Shown here piece by piece: positions 59,550-64,000 of a DNA stretch of 64,000 bases. The notes beneath the pieces were generated by a model. That model did no database searches and had not been told where the DNA came from. It saw only the letters and a program-made list of their open reading frames with translations. The stretch is from Candidatus Poribacteria bacterium (lineage in GTDB: Bacteria; Poribacteria; WGA-4E; WGA-3G), in contig OZ243938.1 in the NCBI GenBank assembly GCA_965214095.1, forward strand, positions 4,224,001-4,288,000. Reading direction: 5' to 3'. Positions within the stretch are counted from its first letter, which is position 1. Every line of letters begins with the position of its first letter. The translations under genes and the position numbers were made by a program.

Positions 59550-61682
59550 TTACATCTTTCGGACGACCCTATCCACACCATTCAAGTCTCTAATTGTATC
59601 CATTACTTCTTTCAACTGTTGGATACCCGTTACTTCCAAAGTGAAATAATCGTTTGCAGTATCATCAATTCTTGTTTTGTCAGAAGATTTGAAAGTGCCT
59701 TCTCGAATGTTAACTTGGAAGCGAGCGATCGCAGTTGTTATTTCCCCCAACATACCGGGTTTATCGTCACATTCAACATATATTTGTGCTGGATATGTCA
59801 CACCTTCATCTGCATACATGTTAACTCCAATGAACCGCTCCGGTTCATCTAATAAGCGAGCACATCCAGTTCTATGTACAGAAACCCCACGTCCGCGTGT
59901 CAGATAACCTACAGTGTCATCACCAGGAATTGGGTTACAACACTTCATTGCACGTACCATACCCAAGTCAATACCATTTTCCAGTTGGATTGGAACTTCT
60001 TTGCGTTTCGGCACCTGAACTTCTTCCGCGTCTTTTTCCTTTTCAGGTCTTAACTGGTTCACCACCTGCGTTGCAGATGCGTTGCCATTACCTATTTGGA
60101 TATATAGTTCTTCTACATCCTCAAAATCAAGATGTTGAGCGATCTCAAGTAGTTTAGGAGATTTCATATAATCGCTTGCATTCAGGTATGATACTTGCAG
60201 TTCCGCTTTGAGGAATGTCTTTCCTAATTCAATTGCATCAGCTTTGTCTTTATCACGAAACCAGTGTCGTATCTTGGAGCGTGCATTATATGTTTTTACG
60301 AATCGAATCCATGACCTGCTTGGAGAGCTCTTCGGGTTAGTCAATATGTGTACGCGATCACCATTTTGTAAAGGTTCACGGATCGGTTTTAGGATATTGT
60401 TAACCTCGGCTCCACAACATGTGTTTCCTATGTCTGTATGGATTTTATATGCAAAATCAATTGCAGTTGAACCTGATGGAAGCGCGTGAATATCTCCCTT
60501 TGGTGTAAAAACATAAACTTCATCCTGAAATAGTTCCAATTTCATTGATTCAATGAATTGACCGGGGACATCTTGTGTTTCTTGAATGTCTTCAAGCATT
60601 TCTTTGTAATTGGCGAATATAGATAATGCTTCCTTGGTTGTAGGAACACCTTCTTTATAACTCCAATGTGCTGCAATACCATTTTCCGCGACTTGATGCA
60701 TCGCTTTACTCCGAATTTGGATTTCTATCGGGTTTCCGCGATCTAAAATAGTGGTGTGAAGTGATTGGTACCCGTTCTTTTTCGGTTGGCCAATCCAGTC
60801 TCTGAGCCGGTCAGGAAGGTATCCCCATCTTAGATGCAATACACCAAGTGCGTTATAACAATGCCAGTCATCTTCAACAATTACGCGAAGTCCAACTAAA
60901 TCACAAATATCCTTAAATGGTGTACCCTTCAGATGCATTTTTTGGTAGATGCTATAAATATGTTTCGTTCGTCCCCTGATATTTGCGATGATTCCGTGTT
61001 TCTTGAGCTCTGCATGAATTACTGCTTCCATTTTTTTGCAATAGGTTTGTCGTTCTTCCAATTTGTCTTTAAGAAGGTCTGCAATTTCTCTGTATACATC
61101 GGGGAGTAGGTATTTGAGCGACATATCTTCAAGACGGCTCATGATTGACCAAATACCAAGACGGTGGGCGATAGGGGCATATATTTCAAGTGTCTCTTTA
61201 GCTATTCGTTGCTGTTGTTCTGTAGATAAGTATTCTAAGGTCTCCATATTGTGGAGCCGATCAGCCAATTTTATCAAGATAACACGCATATCTTCAGCGG
61301 TTGCTAATAATAATTTTCTGTATGTGTCAGCTTGTCGTTTCCGTTTACCACCACTGAATTTATATCGACTGATTTTTGTTACACCCTCAACTAAATGAGC
61401 GATATTTTCCCCAAACTTCTCCTCCATTTCATTACGCGTGACACCAGTATCTTCCAACACATCATGCATCAAACCCGCGCAGATAGTGTCAATATCTAAT
61501 CGCAATTGCGCAAGGATTTCTGCAGTCCTCACACAATGCATAAAGTAAGGATCACCTGATTTACGCAACTGCTTTCTATGTGCGGACTCGGCGAAACTGT
61601 AACTCTTATTGAGGAAATCAAAGTCTGTTTCAGCTTCTGGATTATGTTTCTGAATAATCTGTAATAGGGATTCCACACTCAT
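59550..61682 (-). CDS. Bifunctional (p)ppGpp synthetase/hydrolase (RSH)
   Basis: RKSGDPY, MHDVLED, IKLADRLHN, NGYQSLHT, GIAAHW, TGS (DFAYKIHT), CC and ACT domains. Confidence 0.94.
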   Translation of the reverse strand: MSVESLLQIIQKHNPEAETDFDFLNKSYSFAESAHRKQLRKSGDPYFMHCVRTAEILAQLRLDIDTICAGLMHDVLEDTGVTRNEMEEKFGENIAHLVEGVTKISRYKFSGGKRKRQADTYRKLLLATAEDMRVILIKLADRLHNMETLEYLSTEQQQRIAKETLEIYAPIAHRLGIWSIMSRLEDMSLKYLLPDVYREIADLLKDKLEERQTYCKKMEAVIHAELKKHGIIANIRGRTKHIYSIYQKMHLKGTPFKDICDLVGLRVIVEDDWHCYNALGVLHLRWGYLPDRLRDWIGQPKKNGYQSLHTTILDRGNPIEIQIRSKAMHQVAENGIAAHWSYKEGVPTTKEALSIFANYKEMLEDIQETQDVPGQFIESMKLELFQDEVYVFTPKGDIHALPSGSTAIDFAYKIHTDIGNTCCGAEVNNILKPIREPLQNGDRVHILTNPKSSPSRSWIRFVKTYNARSKIRHWFRDKDKADAIELGKTFLKAELQVSYLNASDYMKSPKLLEIAQHLDFEDVEELYIQIGNGNASATQVVNQLRPEKEKDAEEVQVPKRKEVPIQLENGIDLGMVRAMKCCNPIPGDDTVGYLTRGRGVSVHRTGCARLLDEPERFIGVNMYADEGVTYPAQIYVECDDKPGMLGEITTAIARFQVNIREGTFKSSDKTRIDDTANDYFTLEVTGIQQLKEVMDTIRDLNGVDRVVRKM

Positions 61683-63999
61683 CTTTAATTTGCTCCCAAA
61701 TTTGACGACTATTCTCTTCTACCTGGAATTTCAGAAATTCTTGGCTGTTCTGCAGTAACCATTCACATTTCAGATAAGTTGTTGACCTATTCAATTGTTT
61801 TTTTTCTGATGGAAGTAACTTTATAGTATGATTATCAGATTCAGTTCTGTTTTCAATAAAACCTAATTCTTCAAAGATTGTGAGTCCGGTGTAGATAACT
61901 TGTTTTGAAGTATCTTCAAATGAATCGGTAAGTGATTCAATACCAATATAATTTGTTCTAGCGTTCTGTCTCAATTCTTGGTAAAGAAGTGTAAGAAACT
62001 TTCTGTCTGGAACCACTTTATTTAATGCATTCTGTAGTAATTCTACATCCGTCTTAGTATTGTATAGGAGATGTAGCAATGTCGTATTTTGCGTATTTGC
62101 TGCTGGTTTGCTCCGGCTGAAGAAATCCGCAGATTGCTTTGTTAAGTGACAAAATATAACATGCTCTACATCAGGAACAGTATCTATTGCAGATTCTGAT
62201 ATGATATCTGAAGAGACAACTGCGGCAAGTTCTCCACTCTTAAGTTTTTCCAATAGTTTAATTTCTTCTTCCAATACTGTTGTTTGGTCGTGTCGACCTG
62301 TAGATTCTGCATGTTCAGGTATAACATGAGTCAACAATTGTTCTATTTTCTCAGGACTGTGTACATATATTATACACTTATTTTTGTTATTGAGCAAACC
62401 CAAGAGATATTCTTTTTTGTTCTTGTTTCTTGAGTCAACGACTCTTCCAGATGAAGGAAAATCACTGGGTGGAAAAACCGTTTGGTTTGGTGATCTTTCA
62501 CGCACACGAAATTCTTCAAGAATAAGTTGAACGGATCGAGTGTCATTATACTCATTGATTTGAGGAGAATATGCCATATCTATTGAAATGGCTGGTCGAC
62601 TCAATGTTGTGTAGTGTTCAGATTTCCGCCAACCTACCGTTCTTAATTTAGAGGCCCCATTGCTTACTCTCATTGACAGATGAAGTTGATCCTTTCCCAT
62701 CAACGTAGGTGGACCTACAATTGAAAGACTCTTGCTAATAAAGCGTGGAGATGGATTTTCTAAGCCAAATGGTTCCAATATTGAGAACTGTTCTAAAGTT
62801 TGTAACGTAAGGGTTTGTAAATTTGTTTCAAAATCTAAGGTAAGTTTGGGTATTAAGTCGGTTTCAGTAAGATGTTCGCATGCGAATTCGTTGAATGCTC
62901 TTTTAAATTTATTGAGATTTTCTTTCTTTAGTGTCACTCCCGCAGCTGCTTTGTGTCCGCCATGTTTGATGAGAAGGTGTGAGCAGCTATTCAAACTATC
63001 AGCAAGATTCATTCCTTCTATACATCGTCCCGACCCTGTGGCTTCATCCCCATCTATCACAAGTACGAAGATCGGACGATAGTACTGTTCAAGCAGACGC
63101 GCTGCAACAATCCCTACGACTCCTTTCGCTTGTGGACCCCATTCGCTATCTGCCACAACTAACCCTTTATACTCATCAAGGTTCTCATCTATTCTGAGTT
63201 TTTCATTAGCTTTTTCCTGTATGTCTTTTTCTAAATCTTTTCGTTTCTGATTACATGAATTTAATTCATCGGCAAGTTTCTCAGCAGTTTCAGCTGACTC
63301 AGTTGTTAAGAGTTCAACAACCGTTTTTGCAGTATCCATTCGTCCTGCTGCATTTATACGAGGTCCCAATCCCCATGATAAAGCCTGTCCATCTAATTCG
63401 TTATCAGGAAATTTAGCGACATCACACAGTTTGCGTATTCCGATACGGCTTTGCTTACTGATTTCTTCTAATCCAAGTTTGCTTAACGTACGGTTTTCAC
63501 CAGTAAGTGGTGCGAGGTCAACGACTGTACCTAACACGACGAGATCAAGCAATGAAGTAAGGTACGCCTCATCTTCTATCAATCCTTGTGCTAATTTGAA
63601 AGCTAATCCAACGCCAGCCAGATCGGTGTAAGGATATTCATTTCCTGGAATTTTCGGTGATATGATTGCATAAGCAGGAGGAGGGTCGCTTTCAGGGGGT
63701 TGGTGGTGGTCAGTCAGAATTACATCCATACCAAGTTGATTTGCAAATTTAACTTGATCAATTGAAGTTATTCCGCAGTCAACAGTTATCAGTAATTTAC
63801 ATCCTTTCTCGCTGATTTCTTTAATCGCTTGTTTATTAAGACCGTATCCTTCTTCATACCGATGTGGGATGTAGTATTTGACTGGAAAATCAATATGTTG
63901 AAATGCATTGACCAATAGTGCTGTTGCAGTTGTGCCATCTGCATCATAATCACCATAAATACATAATTGTTCACCGTTTTTGATAGCATTCCGGATTCT
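61642..63999 (-). CDS. recJ: Single-stranded DNA exonuclease RecJ with C-terminal extension, 5'-partial
   Basis: Frame open past the window end; GDYDADG, TVDCG, TDHH, PRINAAGR, GGHKAAAG. Confidence 0.93.
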   Translation of the reverse strand, partial: RIRNAIKNGEQLCIYGDYDADGTTATALLVNAFQHIDFPVKYYIPHRYEEGYGLNKQAIKEISEKGCKLLITVDCGITSIDQVKFANQLGMDVILTDHHQPPESDPPPAYAIISPKIPGNEYPYTDLAGVGLAFKLAQGLIEDEAYLTSLLDLVVLGTVVDLAPLTGENRTLSKLGLEEISKQSRIGIRKLCDVAKFPDNELDGQALSWGLGPRINAAGRMDTAKTVVELLTTESAETAEKLADELNSCNQKRKDLEKDIQEKANEKLRIDENLDEYKGLVVADSEWGPQAKGVVGIVAARLLEQYYRPIFVLVIDGDEATGSGRCIEGMNLADSLNSCSHLLIKHGGHKAAAGVTLKKENLNKFKRAFNEFACEHLTETDLIPKLTLDFETNLQTLTLQTLEQFSILEPFGLENPSPRFISKSLSIVGPPTLMGKDQLHLSMRVSNGASKLRTVGWRKSEHYTTLSRPAISIDMAYSPQINEYNDTRSVQLILEEFRVRERSPNQTVFPPSDFPSSGRVVDSRNKNKKEYLLGLLNNKNKCIIYVHSPEKIEQLLTHVIPEHAESTGRHDQTTVLEEEIKLLEKLKSGELAAVVSSDIISESAIDTVPDVEHVIFCHLTKQSADFFSRSKPAANTQNTTLLHLLYNTKTDVELLQNALNKVVPDRKFLTLLYQELRQNARTNYIGIESLTDSFEDTSKQVIYTGLTIFEELGFIENRTESDNHTIKLLPSEKKQLNRSTTYLKCEWLLQNSQEFLKFQVEENSRQIWEQIKDECGIPITDYSET

Positions 64000-64000
64000 T

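Noticed and set aside
1-64000. Genome-wide UGA reassignment (code 4/25)
   Set aside because: Ordinary genes end at TGA (for example 694, 32560, 56120), Trp is encoded by TGG, and core genes have no internal TGA

Overview
Bacterial window of roughly 40% GC. Its gene content (PhyH-family expansion, WD40 and AAA-nuclease genes, GTAG-type REP hairpins) resembles Candidatus Poribacteria, which is an inference. It is mostly housekeeping: a stand-alone fusA, degP, tRNA-Pro, hom, yceD-rpmF-fabH-fabD-fabG-acpP-fabF-folK, leuS, rnj, leuC/leuD, gmk-coaBC-rsmA, rpmB, rel and recJ. Accessory material includes a complete IS200/IS605 (tnpA+tnpB) element whose ends can be placed to the base, an IS4 element splitting a WD40 gene with a 20-bp target duplication, several small inverted-repeat elements carrying REP hairpins, a tandem AAA-ATPase/PD-(D/E)xK pair and two PIN toxin-antitoxin pairs. 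The main result is at 49.4-54.9 kb. The six ORFs in the track there are best read as three tandem selenoprotein genes. Each has an in-frame UGA in a C-U-G-S/T-G-K motif followed by a conserved SECIS-like hairpin, each closely resembles animal selenoprotein N (SELENON), and each carries 1-2 copies of an uncharacterised C-terminal domain.
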